Shown: piece by piece, positions 11,089-22,430 of the stretch | Numbering within the stretch: position 1 is the stretch's first letter | How the letters are laid out: the number at the start of each line of letters is the position of its first letter | Assembly (NCBI GenBank): GCA_002683335.1 | Contig: NYTE01000024.1 | Coordinates: 3,611-67,610, forward strand | Direction: 5' to 3' | Source of the DNA: Halieaceae bacterium | GTDB lineage: Bacteria > Pseudomonadota > Gammaproteobacteria > Pseudomonadales > Halieaceae | DNA length: 64,000 nt | Notes under the pieces: model-generated | What the model saw: only the letters and a program-made list of their open reading frames with translations | The model's database searches: none | What the model was told of the DNA's origin: nothing | Position numbers and translations under genes: made by a program

Positions 11089-11568
11089 TTAACCGCGCTC
11101 GTCACACAGACCGGCTGCAAGGCAGGTTGAATTGGTGACATCTAAGTCCCATGACAGAGAGCCGGCGCCGCCATCTGTCCCCAACAAAATGTAAGTTTCA
11201 CCATCTACGGGGTCCTCGCCAATAGCAGTGATTGATATGGATGCGGGGGTTGTTGTGAGGTCAGCTTCGGCTGTCACGGTATCGACATGGGCACCAGAGA
11301 CAGCAGCGTTGGCCTGTGCGGCCAGAACAGACTTAGATCCACCGGTGGTGTCATCATGAGGCTTGCATGCGCTCATGCTGCCCTTAGTTTGATAACAAAT
11401 ATCTATGGCTGATTTGACCGCTGTGGTCGCCATGACAACTTCCGAGAACTTCGCCTTCTTGGCGTAGGTTTGGTAGGTAGGCAGCGCGAGGGCTGCCAGA
11501 ATGCCAATAATGGCGATGACGATCATCAATTCGATTAGGGAAAATCCTTTTTGTTGTTGCTGTGACAT
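11089..11568 (-). CDS. pilA: Type IVa major pilin
   Basis: MSQQQQKG|[22 protein letters not shown] prepilin motif, C-terminal Cys pair; SD AAGGAG; upstream of pilB. Confidence 0.95.
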   Translation of the reverse strand: MSQQQQKGFSLIELMIVIAIIGILAALALPTYQTYAKKAKFSEVVMATTAVKSAIDICYQTKGSMSACKPHDDTTGGSKSVLAAQANAAVSGAHVDTVTAEADLTTTPASISITAIGEDPVDGETYILLGTDGGAGSLSWDLDVTNSTCLAAGLCDERG

Positions 11569-11643
11569 GTTTCTCTCCTTTGAAATCATATTGTTGTCCT
11601 GTGTCAGCGGCGTGCTAGCCCGTGCCGGCGACAGCCGCCATCA

Positions 11644-11678
11644 GACGCATATTGCGTCAATATTTCGCATAATGCGAA
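11644..11678. promoter_or_regulatory. Tandem palindromes CGCA-N3-TGCG upstream of pilA
   Basis: GACGCA-TAT-TGCGTC (11644-11658) and TTCGCA-TAA-TGCGAA (11664-11678), 20 bp apart. Confidence 0.45.
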
Positions 11679-11750
11679 TTTAGCCGCGGATAAATCGACA
11701 TTGCGAGGGCTTTGTCTCGCAATTCAGCAAATAGCCGGCAGTAAACGCTT

Positions 11751-11773
11751 TAAATGACAATGGTTGTCATTTA
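11751..11773. promoter_or_regulatory. Perfect 10-3-10 palindrome, putative transcription-factor operator
   Basis: TAAATGACAA-TGG-TTGTCATTTA. Confidence 0.55.
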
Positions 11774-11796
11774 GAACAAAAATACGTGTGATGTGG

Positions 11797-11819
11797 CCCC
11801 GATATGGAATATATCGGGG
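11797..11819 (-). terminator. Stem-loop just downstream of glcB
   Basis: CCCCGATAT-GGAAT-ATATCGGGG 9-bp stem 14 nt after the glcB stop; U tract not immediately adjacent. Confidence 0.4.
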
Positions 11820-11833
11820 AGGTGGTTTAGCCC

Positions 11834-14005
11834 CTAGGTTTTGGCCTTGAAGGCGAGTCGTCGTGTGTGAAGTACGGGTTCGGTGTAGCCGCTCGGTTGT
11901 GCGGTGCCTGCAAATACCAGCTCGCAGGCGGCCTGAAAAGCCTCACTGGCATCGAGGTTGCTTGTCATAGGACGGTAGTCGGGGTCCGCGCTATTTTGCT
12001 CGTCTACCACCGCTGCCATGCGGACCAGTGTCTCCTTGACTTGGGTCTCGCTTACTACGCCATGATGCAACCAATTAGCGATATGTTGGCTGGAGATGCG
12101 CAGCGTCGCGCGGTCTTCCATGAGTCCAATATTGTGTATGTCGGGTACCTTGGAGCACCCTACGCCGTGTTCTACCCAACGCACCACATATCCCAGAATG
12201 CCCTGGGCATTGTTGTCAACTTCTTGGCGAATCGTCTCGGCTGAGAGTGCAGTGACCTCGCCAAGCGGAATCGTCAGCAGCTCATTGAGAGATCGGCGAC
12301 GATGGCCACGCAACGATGATTGTACATCTGAGACCGACACTTGGTGATAGTGGGTTACGTGGAGCGTTGCTGCGGTGGGTGAGGGAACCCAGGCACAACT
12401 GGCGCCCGCTTCGGGGTGTCCTGTTTTGGTGGTCAGCATCTCCGCCATAAGATCGGGCATCGCCCACATGCCCTTGCCAATTTGTGCTTTGCCCTGCAAC
12501 CCACAGGCGAGCCCCGTATCCACGTTCCAGTCTTCGTAGGCACTGATCCAGGTCTCGGCTTTCATCGCAGTTTTGGCGGTGATGACGCCCGCCTCCATGC
12601 TGGTATGGATCTCGTCTCCTGTGCGGTCAAGAAAGCCCGTATTAATGAACACCACTCGCTCGTTGGCACGTCGAATACACTCTGCCAGATTCACAGTGGT
12701 GCGGCGCTCCTCATCCATGATGCCCATCTTGATGGTGTTACGAGGCAGCTGGAACAGATCCTCGATTTGAGAAAATAGCTCGACCGTCAAGCTGACCTCG
12801 TCGGGACCGTGCATCTTGGGTTTTACAATGTACATGGAGCCGGTGCGCGAGTTTTTAATCTCGGCAGCACTTCTGAGGTCATGCAGCGCACAGAAGGTGG
12901 TGAACAGACCGTCCATAAAGCCTTCTGGGATCTCGTTACCTTCGATATCGAGAATGGCTGGGTTGGTCATGAGATGACCCACATTGCGCACAAAGAGCAG
13001 GCTTCGGCCGGGAAGCGTGAGGGCGCCGCCGTCCGGGGTAGTAAATCGCCGGTCGGGGTTCAGGCGTCGGGTGAGGCTCGCGTCTCCTTTTTTAAAGGTG
13101 TCGGTCAGATCGCCTTTCATGAGTCCCAGCCAGTTCCGATAGACCACAACTTTATCCTCGGCATCCACCGCCGCGACAGAGTCCTCGCAATCCTGAATCG
13201 TGGTGAGGGCCGACTCCAGACAGATATCTTTGACTCCAGCCGTATCGGTGGCGCCCACTGGGTGCTCGCGATCAATCTGGATTTCGACATGCAGGCCATG
13301 ATGCTTTAACAACACGCTGCTCGGCATGTCACTGTCCCCGGTATAGCCCACCAGCTGCGTGGTATCAGCCAATATTGAGTATGCGCCCGAGGGTTGACCG
13401 ACCCGGAGTATTCCATTGTCGATCGTATAGACGGTAGCGTTACGGTGCCTGCCTTCGGCCAACGGGAAGTGGTCATCCAAAAAATCTCGCGCCCAAGCAA
13501 TCACGCGATCACCCCGTGCTGGGTTGTAGTCACCGCCCCGCAAGGCGCCTCCATCCTCGGGGATGGCGTCTGTACCGTAAAGCGCGTCATACAAACTGCC
13601 CCAGCGTGCGTTGGCAGCATTGAGAGCGTAGCGCGCATTCATGACCGGCACTACCAGTTGTGGTCCTGCTATCAAGGCGATTTCTGGATCGACTTGGGTT
13701 GTTGTTATTTCAAAAGGGGCAGGTTCGGGGTGGAGATAGCCAATGTCGCGCAGAAAAGCCTCATAGGCCCCAGCATCCCACGATTTCCCTTTTTGCTCAC
13801 GGTGCCACTGGTCTACCTGCGCTTGCAGGGAATCCCTCTCCTGAAGCAGACGCTGATTTTCAGGTCCCAAGGTCCCCCAGATCGCCGCTACGCCTTGCCA
13901 AAAAGCATCAGGATCGATGCCGGTGCCGGGTGCAATTTCGTCAACTAGGAGTGAGTGAAGCGCGGCGTCGATCTTCAGGCCAGCACATTCTATTCGTCGA
14001 GGCAT
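11834..14005 (-). CDS. glcB: Malate synthase G
   Basis: [50 protein letters not shown]; 723 aa. Confidence 0.98.
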   Translation of the reverse strand: MPRRIECAGLKIDAALHSLLVDEIAPGTGIDPDAFWQGVAAIWGTLGPENQRLLQERDSLQAQVDQWHREQKGKSWDAGAYEAFLRDIGYLHPEPAPFEITTTQVDPEIALIAGPQLVVPVMNARYALNAANARWGSLYDALYGTDAIPEDGGALRGGDYNPARGDRVIAWARDFLDDHFPLAEGRHRNATVYTIDNGILRVGQPSGAYSILADTTQLVGYTGDSDMPSSVLLKHHGLHVEIQIDREHPVGATDTAGVKDICLESALTTIQDCEDSVAAVDAEDKVVVYRNWLGLMKGDLTDTFKKGDASLTRRLNPDRRFTTPDGGALTLPGRSLLFVRNVGHLMTNPAILDIEGNEIPEGFMDGLFTTFCALHDLRSAAEIKNSRTGSMYIVKPKMHGPDEVSLTVELFSQIEDLFQLPRNTIKMGIMDEERRTTVNLAECIRRANERVVFINTGFLDRTGDEIHTSMEAGVITAKTAMKAETWISAYEDWNVDTGLACGLQGKAQIGKGMWAMPDLMAEMLTTKTGHPEAGASCAWVPSPTAATLHVTHYHQVSVSDVQSSLRGHRRRSLNELLTIPLGEVTALSAETIRQEVDNNAQGILGYVVRWVEHGVGCSKVPDIHNIGLMEDRATLRISSQHIANWLHHGVVSETQVKETLVRMAAVVDEQNSADPDYRPMTSNLDASEAFQAACELVFAGTAQPSGYTEPVLHTRRLAFKAKT

Positions 14006-14116
14006 GAAAAAGACTCCTGATGCCAGAGGGTAGGGTGTTGCTTACCGAGACCGTTACTCTACTGGCTTACCACTATTGATCATAATGATTGCAGCGATAA
14101 AGGGTATTCCTGAGAT

Positions 14117-15079
14117 TTATGCGGGCTGGTTTGGTGGCGAGTCGAGTGATCGTGCAATCGCTGTAATGAACTGCCTTACCCAGCGATGCGGCGCATTATT
14201 GTGCAGGAGAGGACTCCATGCCATTTTCAGCTCCAAAGGGGGAATGTCAAAGGGCACCTGCCGCACCACAACGCGCGGATTATCTCGTTTGAGCCAAGTA
14301 GCGCGGGTCGGGAGCGTCACGATCAGGTCGTTTTGTTCCGCCAGCGTCATTGCGGCTTGGTAGTGCCGGGTAAAAACGCGAATGCGTCGTTTTTCGCCCA
14401 GATCAGCCAGCGCTGCATCGACCCAACCCAGTCGCTGCACATCACTCGGATCTACACCCACACCAATACCCATGCCGGTTTTGCTGACCCAGATATGGTC
14501 TGCACCGAGATAGTTGCTGAGGGAGAAATCATCGAGTATGGGATTGTCCGGGCTCAGCAAACAGGAGAAGCTGTCTTGCCAGAGCGTAATCTGATGAAAG
14601 GATTGTGGCATCTGGTCAAAGCGATTGATAACCAAATCGACCTTGCCGCGCTCAACATCCAGAAAGCTAACGTCCGAAGGGTTCATGATATCCAGCGTAA
14701 TGCCCGAGGCATGTTCGCGGAGTTGGTTCAGCACTGCGGGAAACAGGGTCGACTCTGCATAATCACTGGCCATGATCCGTACCACTATCTGAGCTTCCCC
14801 AGGCGCAAACTCGGTCGCGGGCTGCATGGCACGATCAACCCCTAACAAGATCTCTTTGACCATTGGCTCTAGCTCTAATGCCCGTTCGGTTGGGGTCATG
14901 CCCTCGGATGTCCGAACCAATAGCGGATCGTCAAACAATGCGCGAAGGCGTCGCAAACCATTGCTCATCGCGGGTTGAGACAGTCCCAGCTGATTGGCTG
15001 CTTGTGTGACGTTGCGCTCACGCAGAAGCACTTCGAGATAGACCAGCAGGTTCAGATCAATTTGGTTCAGGTTTTTCAT
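14117..15079 (-). CDS. LysR-family transcriptional regulator
   Basis: DLNLL...NVTQAANQLGLSQPAMSNGLRRLR HTH plus substrate-binding domain. Confidence 0.95.
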   Translation of the reverse strand: MKNLNQIDLNLLVYLEVLLRERNVTQAANQLGLSQPAMSNGLRRLRALFDDPLLVRTSEGMTPTERALELEPMVKEILLGVDRAMQPATEFAPGEAQIVVRIMASDYAESTLFPAVLNQLREHASGITLDIMNPSDVSFLDVERGKVDLVINRFDQMPQSFHQITLWQDSFSCLLSPDNPILDDFSLSNYLGADHIWVSKTGMGIGVGVDPSDVQRLGWVDAALADLGEKRRIRVFTRHYQAAMTLAEQNDLIVTLPTRATWLKRDNPRVVVRQVPFDIPPLELKMAWSPLLHNNAPHRWVRQFITAIARSLDSPPNQPA

Positions 15080-15107
15080 ATAATGCGCGCGCAGGCAGTT
15101 CGCTTAT

Positions 15108-15122
15108 ATTCACACGGTGAAT
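15108..15122. promoter_or_regulatory. Putative LysR box (T-N11-A dyad)
   Basis: ATTCAC-ACG-GTGAAT in the divergent lysR/acyl-CoA dehydrogenase intergenic region. Confidence 0.55.
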
Positions 15123-15217
15123 TATAACTACTTGGCCATATTTTTGCCGTATGGCGTCAGAATAGTCTCTGCGGACGGTGATGATGCTGGAACAGCGCTA
15201 AAAAAGAGGATTTAAAG

Positions 15218-16981
15218 ATGTACAAGGCACCCACGGAAGATATGCAGTTCTTGATTGACGATGTGCTGGACGTGGGCAGGGTGCTGGGCGACCTGCCCCA
15301 GTATGCAGACTTGGGACTCGGGCCTGAGCTTACTACGGCAGTGCTGGATGAGGCGGCCAAATTTGCAGCCGACGTGGTGTCGCCATTAAGGCGTGTCGGC
15401 GATGCGCAACCAGCCAGTTGCCATGACGGCGCCGTAACGATTCCTCCTGGCTATGGTGATGCGATTCGGCAACTGGGTGCCGGTGGTTGGGTGGGCATTT
15501 CCGCTCCTCATGAGCAGGGTGGCCAGGGCCTGCCTGAACTTTTTGGAACCGCCGCTTGCGAAATGTGGAACAGCGCCGACATGGCATTCGCACTGGAGCC
15601 TTTCCTAAGTGCGGGAGCAGCTCTCGCGATATCGGTCCATGCGAGTGACTCGCTAAAGGCGATTTATCTAGGCAAGATTCATTCGGGCGAGTGGTCAGGC
15701 ACTATGAATCTGACGGAGTCCGGTGCTGGCTCGGATCTGGGACCCATGAAGACCCGAGCCGAGCGCGAAGGTAATCAATACCGCATCTTCGGCCAGAAAA
15801 TTTATATCACCTGGGGTGATCACGATGCGACCGAGAACATCATTCATCTGGTTTTGGCGCGCCTACCCGACGCGCCGGCGGGTAGCCGGGGTATTTCCCT
15901 ATTTTTGGTGCCCAAATTTTTGGTGAATGCCGATGGCTCGTTGGGGGAGCGCAACGACGCCTATCCCGTTTCGGTTGAGCACAAGCTAGGTATTCATGGC
16001 AGCCCAACCTGTGTCATGGCTTATGGCGATAGTGGCGGCGCTATTGGTTACCTTGTGGGTGAGGAAAATCAAGGCCTCGCATGCATGTTTACGATGATGA
16101 ACGAAGCGCGATTGAAGGTGGGCCTTCAGGGCTTAGGGGCTTCAGAGGGCGCTTATCAGAAGGCGGTGGCCTACTCCCGAGAGCGTGTGCAGGGAGGCGT
16201 ACCGATTATTGAGCACGCTGACGTGAAGCGCATGTTGCTGACCATGCGAGCGCTCAACGAGGCAATGAGAGCGTTATCCTACGCTGAGGCTGTGACCATG
16301 GATCTCGCGCATGCTGGACCTGCCGAGGCTCGCGACGCCAATCAGCGCCGCATCGATCTCATGATCCCGGTAATAAAGGGATGGCTCACCGAATTGGGTA
16401 TGGAAATCACTTCACTGGGTGTGCAGGTCCATGGCGGTATGGGCTACGTCGAGGAAACGGGTGCGGCGCAGTATCTGCGAGATGTGCGGATTACTCCGAT
16501 TTATGAGGGAACTAACGGTATTCAGGCTGCGGATCTCCTCAACCGTAAGTTAGGGCGTGATGGCGGAGCGACCATGGAAGCGATGCAGGCTGAAATGGCC
16601 GAACTGATTGACGCGTTGCAAGCGCAAGCACACCCAGATCTTGCTGCGATCGGCGCGTGTCTGCAGGTGGCGCTGGCTGATCACGTTGCCACTACGAACC
16701 AGTTGTTGGCGACTTTATCTGAGGATCGGTTTGCTGCTTTGGGAGGTTCTTTTGACTACATGATGCAAACCGGATACCTATTTGGTGGATGGCAACTGGC
16801 CAGAGGAGCGCGGGTAGCAGCGTCTATTGCAGAGAGTGGAAGCCGGGTCGATTTCTCCCAGCGTAAAGTGGCGACAGCGCGATTTTATATGGAGCGGCTT
16901 TTGCCTAGGGCTAGCGCCCATGCCGGCGTTATCGCGGCGCCAGGAGAGGGACTCTCAAACTTTTCTCTCGACTGGTTTTAG
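15218..16981 (+). CDS. Acyl-CoA dehydrogenase (about 590 aa, DmdC-like subfamily)
   Basis: GTMNLTES, GQKIYIT, EHKLGIHGSPTC, QVHGGMG, IYEGTNGIQA. Confidence 0.93.
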   Translation: MYKAPTEDMQFLIDDVLDVGRVLGDLPQYADLGLGPELTTAVLDEAAKFAADVVSPLRRVGDAQPASCHDGAVTIPPGYGDAIRQLGAGGWVGISAPHEQGGQGLPELFGTAACEMWNSADMAFALEPFLSAGAALAISVHASDSLKAIYLGKIHSGEWSGTMNLTESGAGSDLGPMKTRAEREGNQYRIFGQKIYITWGDHDATENIIHLVLARLPDAPAGSRGISLFLVPKFLVNADGSLGERNDAYPVSVEHKLGIHGSPTCVMAYGDSGGAIGYLVGEENQGLACMFTMMNEARLKVGLQGLGASEGAYQKAVAYSRERVQGGVPIIEHADVKRMLLTMRALNEAMRALSYAEAVTMDLAHAGPAEARDANQRRIDLMIPVIKGWLTELGMEITSLGVQVHGGMGYVEETGAAQYLRDVRITPIYEGTNGIQAADLLNRKLGRDGGATMEAMQAEMAELIDALQAQAHPDLAAIGACLQVALADHVATTNQLLATLSEDRFAALGGSFDYMMQTGYLFGGWQLARGARVAASIAESGSRVDFSQRKVATARFYMERLLPRASAHAGVIAAPGEGLSNFSLDWF

Positions 16982-16985
16982 CTGC

Positions 16986-17474
16986 ATGAATATTTTCACG
17001 ACCCCGGATCTCTCGGACGACAACCCTGAGGCGTGCCATCTTCCCTTTCAGTTTCGGCTGTTCGGTCAGCGATCGCACTTTTTCGGGCGGGTATCCACTG
17101 TCTTGTGTGAAATAGATAACTCTCGGGTAGCCGAGGCCGTCTCAGAGCCAGGAAAGGGGCGCGTATTGCTGGTCGATGGCAAGGGGCTTATGCACCGTTC
17201 ATTGCTGGGCGACCGCTTGGCGCAGCTGGCCTCAGACAACGGGTGGGCCGGCGTTATAGTGATCGGCGCGATACGCGATATTGAGGTAATCGAGCGAATC
17301 GACCTGGGTGTGCAGGCGCTGGGCGTGTGTCCCGTCAAGACGCAGAAGCAAGGGCGTGGCGAACGCGACATTCCGCTCGCCTTCGCTTCAATAACAGTGC
17401 GTCCGGGAGATTGGCTCTACGCCGACCGAAACGGTGTGCTAGTGAGTAGCGTCGCACTCCTCTCTGACCGGTGA
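16986..17474 (+). CDS. rraA: RraA-family protein (RNase E inhibitor / HMG aldolase-like)
   Basis: TPDLSD, VLLVDGKG...LLGD, GAIRD, YADRNGV; start moved to ATG 16986. Confidence 0.88.
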   Translation: MNIFTTPDLSDDNPEACHLPFQFRLFGQRSHFFGRVSTVLCEIDNSRVAEAVSEPGKGRVLLVDGKGLMHRSLLGDRLAQLASDNGWAGVIVIGAIRDIEVIERIDLGVQALGVCPVKTQKQGRGERDIPLAFASITVRPGDWLYADRNGVLVSSVALLSDR

Positions 17475-17550
17475 TTGGGAGTCAACCGCTTGTGATGGCT
17501 AACGTTTTTCGTGAGAGAGGGGTTCGGTCTTGTGCGTTGTTTCGCGCTGT

Positions 17551-19041
<1,491 letters not shown>

Positions 19042-19055
19042 GGGAACACTGAGTA

Positions 19056-19868
19056 GTGTCGTATCTTGTTTTTATTGTCTCGGTAGGACTGCTGGCACTT
19101 TTGGGTGCAGGGGGCCCTCTGCATCGGGACACTTGGCTCGAGGCGTTAGATCGCCGCATTGATGCAATAGAAGTGGGCGTATGGGTCTCGCTTTGCATGC
19201 GGATTTTCGCGCCTCTTTTCATGGCAGGCATTGCTTTGACCGTCACTCAGTTGTTTCTTGGGGACTTTGCTCAGGCGCTGATCGGGGTCTTGTTGCTGTA
19301 TTTTTCGTGGGGACGTGGTGATTACCCGACTGAATTGCAGCGGTTTCTCGCTCGTGCTCGGGTAGGCGATTCGGTGGGTGCAAGGGCGTTTCTTGATCTA
19401 TCCGACAGCGAGCCAGCCGCCACCGCCGCATGGGAGACAGAGGCGCTTGCGCATTTTGCTTATCGCGGTTACGCCAGGTGGTTCCCGCCTGTGCTCTATT
19501 TTTGTTTGCTGGGTCCCTTCGCCGCGGCGACCTATCGGCTGGTTGTGCTGGCCAATGCGAGATCTGGGGGGCGATTTGATGACGCCCAGAACCTGCTCGA
19601 ATGGCTCCCGTCACGGTTGTTGCTATTGACCTTCGCGGTGCTAGGGGATTTTGACAGTACCCGCAGGTTGGTAACCGCACATGAGGTTGATGGCGAATTG
19701 TCGGTCAAGGCATTGTTGGCTGAAGGCGTTGAGCGGGCGTGGCATTTGGACGAGAGTGAGTTGCAGGGTGTCGATAAAACGATTGCCGCTGTAGAAACCG
19801 CGGCCAAAGCCATTAATAGGAGCTGCGCAGTGTGGATTATCCTGATCTCACTGACCGCGCTGCTCTGA
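19056..19868 (+). CDS. ampE: AmpE-like membrane protein
   Basis: Multi-TM, WLPSRLL..FAVLGDF; directly after ampD. Confidence 0.75.
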   Translation: MSYLVFIVSVGLLALLGAGGPLHRDTWLEALDRRIDAIEVGVWVSLCMRIFAPLFMAGIALTVTQLFLGDFAQALIGVLLLYFSWGRGDYPTELQRFLARARVGDSVGARAFLDLSDSEPAATAAWETEALAHFAYRGYARWFPPVLYFCLLGPFAAATYRLVVLANARSGGRFDDAQNLLEWLPSRLLLLTFAVLGDFDSTRRLVTAHEVDGELSVKALLAEGVERAWHLDESELQGVDKTIAAVETAAKAINRSCAVWIILISLTALL

Positions 19869-19872
19869 ATGA

Positions 19873-20805
19873 CTAGCCCTCTGATACTGGAGTTGATGAA
19901 AGCGTCCTGTCCGCATGCGAAATGGTTTTGTAGAGCGAACTGAGCAGGGGCGTTGCGGGTGGATCAAGGCACAAGTGGTGGAGCAGCCAGCCTACGATGG
20001 ACTCGATTTCCGTCTGTTGACCGCGATCCATATCGACGCGCATTGACGAGTGATTTTCTGCGGTAGCCAGACACACTAATCGGACCTGATCGGGGAGCGC
20101 ATCGGCCAGCTCCAGCTTTCCTGCAGCAGTCAGCAAGCTTTGGATTTCGACTGTAACTTGGTCTGTTTGATTCAGAAATTGTGGACTGAACAAATCGCCA
20201 TTAGCGACCCGATGTAATCCCGTCAGGGGGTTGATTACTGCATTAAGCGCCACTTTTGCGAGAAGCACTGGGCGAATGTCATCGGCCCAGCGAAATGCCG
20301 GTACGCCTTTTTTCCAAAAGGGTAGCCAATCTGGCGCGAGAGGGTGCGGGCGCGAATTGCCCAGATAGGTTGCACCGTTACCCGATACCTGTCTCGCTCC
20401 CGCTGTGGTTAAACGACATCCTGCCGTGGTGGAACCCAGAACCAACGTCGCGCCATTGAGGTATTGCTCGATCAACTCGGCGTGGCCCATGCCGTTACAC
20501 ATTATAACGACTGTGCTGTCTTTTGAGAGTCGATGCGCGATGGACGCGATTGCCGGCTCGATCGCCCAAGATTTGGTACACACCAATAGGTGCGCAATTT
20601 CCTGAGCGTCAGAGATCCTTTGCGAGGGGAAGGTATGGCTACCCACCACATCGCCGCTGAGATTAATGGTTACGTCGGCAGGCACCGGGTTGTTGCCGTG
20701 GTCACCGCGATCGAGCAGGGTTACTAAAGCCCCCCCCGATTGAAGTCGGCATGCAAAGAGGCCTCCAATGGCGCCGACGCCTAGTACGTGCCAGCTAGAG
20801 GTCAT
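19873..20805 (-). CDS. panE: 2-dehydropantoate 2-reductase (PanE/ApbA)
   Basis: GVGAIG Rossmann motif, CTKS, CNGMG, KVALNAVINPL, SSMRVD, TEIE. Confidence 0.88.
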   Translation of the reverse strand: MTSSWHVLGVGAIGGLFACRLQSGGALVTLLDRGDHGNNPVPADVTINLSGDVVGSHTFPSQRISDAQEIAHLLVCTKSWAIEPAIASIAHRLSKDSTVVIMCNGMGHAELIEQYLNGATLVLGSTTAGCRLTTAGARQVSGNGATYLGNSRPHPLAPDWLPFWKKGVPAFRWADDIRPVLLAKVALNAVINPLTGLHRVANGDLFSPQFLNQTDQVTVEIQSLLTAAGKLELADALPDQVRLVCLATAENHSSMRVDMDRGQQTEIESIVGWLLHHLCLDPPATPLLSSLYKTISHADRTLSSTPVSEG

Positions 20806-21623
20806 ATCGCTTTGCTCTGCGCAGGCCAGAGCGAGGCCTCGATCAAGGAATCAGTATCAAAGCACTGTTGCCATAGCAGGGTGCACAATCGAGCAATGAG
20901 TTTACCCGCAGCGACTAAATCACTGTCAGGTTGCTCATCAAAAACCGCACTCAGAAAAGCGTCCTGTGATTCGAGTGGTAGCGGTTCCATGGCAATAGCG
21001 ACATCAAAGTAGCGACTCCCCATCGCGGCGTACTCCCAGTCAATCGCAACCAATTGCTCCTGTTTGTATAGAAGATTACGCGCTGTCAGATCATTGTGAC
21101 AGAGTCGAGGCGCGTCTTGTTCCAGGCGCCGCAGAGCTTGTGTTACGCGGGGGTCGTCGACAACTAATTGCCACTTCGGCTTTGTCACCGCGGGCACGCG
21201 TTGTAAGTAATCGTTTATCACCTGATACAAGTCGAGCCGGTAAGCGGTGTTGGGTAGTTGATGGATGGCGCGGGCCAGGGCTCCCAGTTTCTGGGCGCAA
21301 ATGGATTTTTCTTCCGGACAAAGTCGTTCACAAACGACGATTTCTTCTGTGTTGTCGACATAGGCTATCTGGGGTGCCAGTCCGCGATTTGCTGCGTGAG
21401 TCCAAGCGGAGATTTCTCTTGCAAATCCTCCTGCCACTGTACTGGTGGATCGGTGGCGCAATCGGGCGCACAGAGCGGGGTTGTTGGCCAGAGTGTAGAG
21501 TCGGTGCCCACTGCCCTCGGCCCACACAGCCCCTAGCACTGGTATGGCTTCCAGTGGCGGTGTTAAATCCCACTGGCGCCACGTGGAAAGAACGGCGGTT
21601 AGCTGATCTGTTGCTGCTGCCAT
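20802..21623 (-). CDS. Choline/aminoglycoside-kinase-like phosphotransferase, probable thiamine kinase
   Basis: LCHNDLTARNLL Brenner motif, IDWEYA; in a TPP-regulated operon; start probably MAAATD (21623). Confidence 0.82.
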   Translation of the reverse strand: MAAATDQLTAVLSTWRQWDLTPPLEAIPVLGAVWAEGSGHRLYTLANNPALCARLRHRSTSTVAGGFAREISAWTHAANRGLAPQIAYVDNTEEIVVCERLCPEEKSICAQKLGALARAIHQLPNTAYRLDLYQVINDYLQRVPAVTKPKWQLVVDDPRVTQALRRLEQDAPRLCHNDLTARNLLYKQEQLVAIDWEYAAMGSRYFDVAIAMEPLPLESQDAFLSAVFDEQPDSDLVAAGKLIARLCTLLWQQCFDTDSLIEASLWPAQSKAI

Positions 21624-22165
21624 TGCGCGCGCCACGTGCGGTAGCCGAAAGCAGCTAGCACGATGTAACCGGTAAATAATGCTGCGGTCAGTGATAGGTC
21701 TCGTGACAGGTAAAGCCACACAGACGCCATATCAATAACTATCCAGTAGAGCCAGTTCTCAAGAATTTTCTGTGTGACTAGCCAGGTAGCGAGCAGTGCC
21801 GAAACTGTCGTGGCAGCGTCGACAAACGGCGCTGCCGCATCGGTCCAGTGCGTCATCAGCGTACCCAGTAGCAGGGTCAGCGAGACCAGAACACTGGAGG
21901 CCAGCAGGTGGTATCGCCAAGGCCAGGTTTGAATGAATCGCTCTGGGATAGTGTGAGTGCCGCGCCAGGCAAACCAGCCATAGACAGCCATCCCGATATA
22001 AAAGGTCTGTAACACCGCCTCCAAATAAAGCTGAACTTGCCAAAAAATATAGATGTACAGGAACGCACTGATGATCGACGCGATCCAACACCATCGACTT
22101 TGATAAATAGCGAGTACGACATAGGATAGCGCCAATGCGACTGCGCAGCTCTCCGTCCAACTCAT
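21599..22165 (-). CDS. pnuC: PnuC-family vitamin transporter, probable thiamine-specific PnuT
   Basis: MAVYGWFAW, PFVDAATT, KILENWLYWIVID; start MSWTE (22165). Confidence 0.92.
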   Translation of the reverse strand: MSWTESCAVALALSYVVLAIYQSRWCWIASIISAFLYIYIFWQVQLYLEAVLQTFYIGMAVYGWFAWRGTHTIPERFIQTWPWRYHLLASSVLVSLTLLLGTLMTHWTDAAAPFVDAATTVSALLATWLVTQKILENWLYWIVIDMASVWLYLSRDLSLTAALFTGYIVLAAFGYRTWRAQWQQQQIS

Positions 22166-22166
22166 T

Positions 22167-22430
22167 TCAGTCGACGGGTCCAATGTCGGTAAAGTGCTCG
22201 GGTATGAATTTAGCGACCAGAACTTGACGCCCAAACTGCGCTTGGCTGGCTCTGAGCGCGTGCTGGATTGCAGCAAACACCGCCTCGTCCTCTCCGCTTA
22301 ACTGCGTGCTCATAGAGTTGGTGACTGCGACGACATCCTGGCCCTCGAGGAGCTTCTCGATAAAGGCGTGCACCGCAATCTTAAATTCCTCTCGCAAGGG
22401 GTAGAGGCTGAGTTCGGCTGTGAGTTTCAT
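22167..22430 (-). CDS. YkoF-like thiamine/HMP-binding small protein
   Basis: ELSLYPL...TNSMSTQLSG pattern; between the receptor and pnuC. Confidence 0.8.
   Translation of the reverse strand: MKLTAELSLYPLREEFKIAVHAFIEKLLEGQDVVAVTNSMSTQLSGEDEAVFAAIQHALRASQAQFGRQVLVAKFIPEHFTDIGPVD

Noticed and set aside
11614-11628. Sigma-54-like promoter for pilA (minus strand CCGGCACGGGCTAGC)
   Set aside because: Only 9 nt between GG and GC; sigma-54 needs 10. Worth rechecking only if reads show an indel.
11569-11833. c-di-GMP riboswitch upstream of pilA
   Set aside because: No GGCAAAC/GNRA-receptor architecture; several repeats have 1-3 nt spacers more typical of DNA operators
14186-14845. 219-aa ORF antisense to lysR, and the many similar nested or antisense ORFs in the track
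   Set aside because: Fully overlap conserved genes; expected at this GC content
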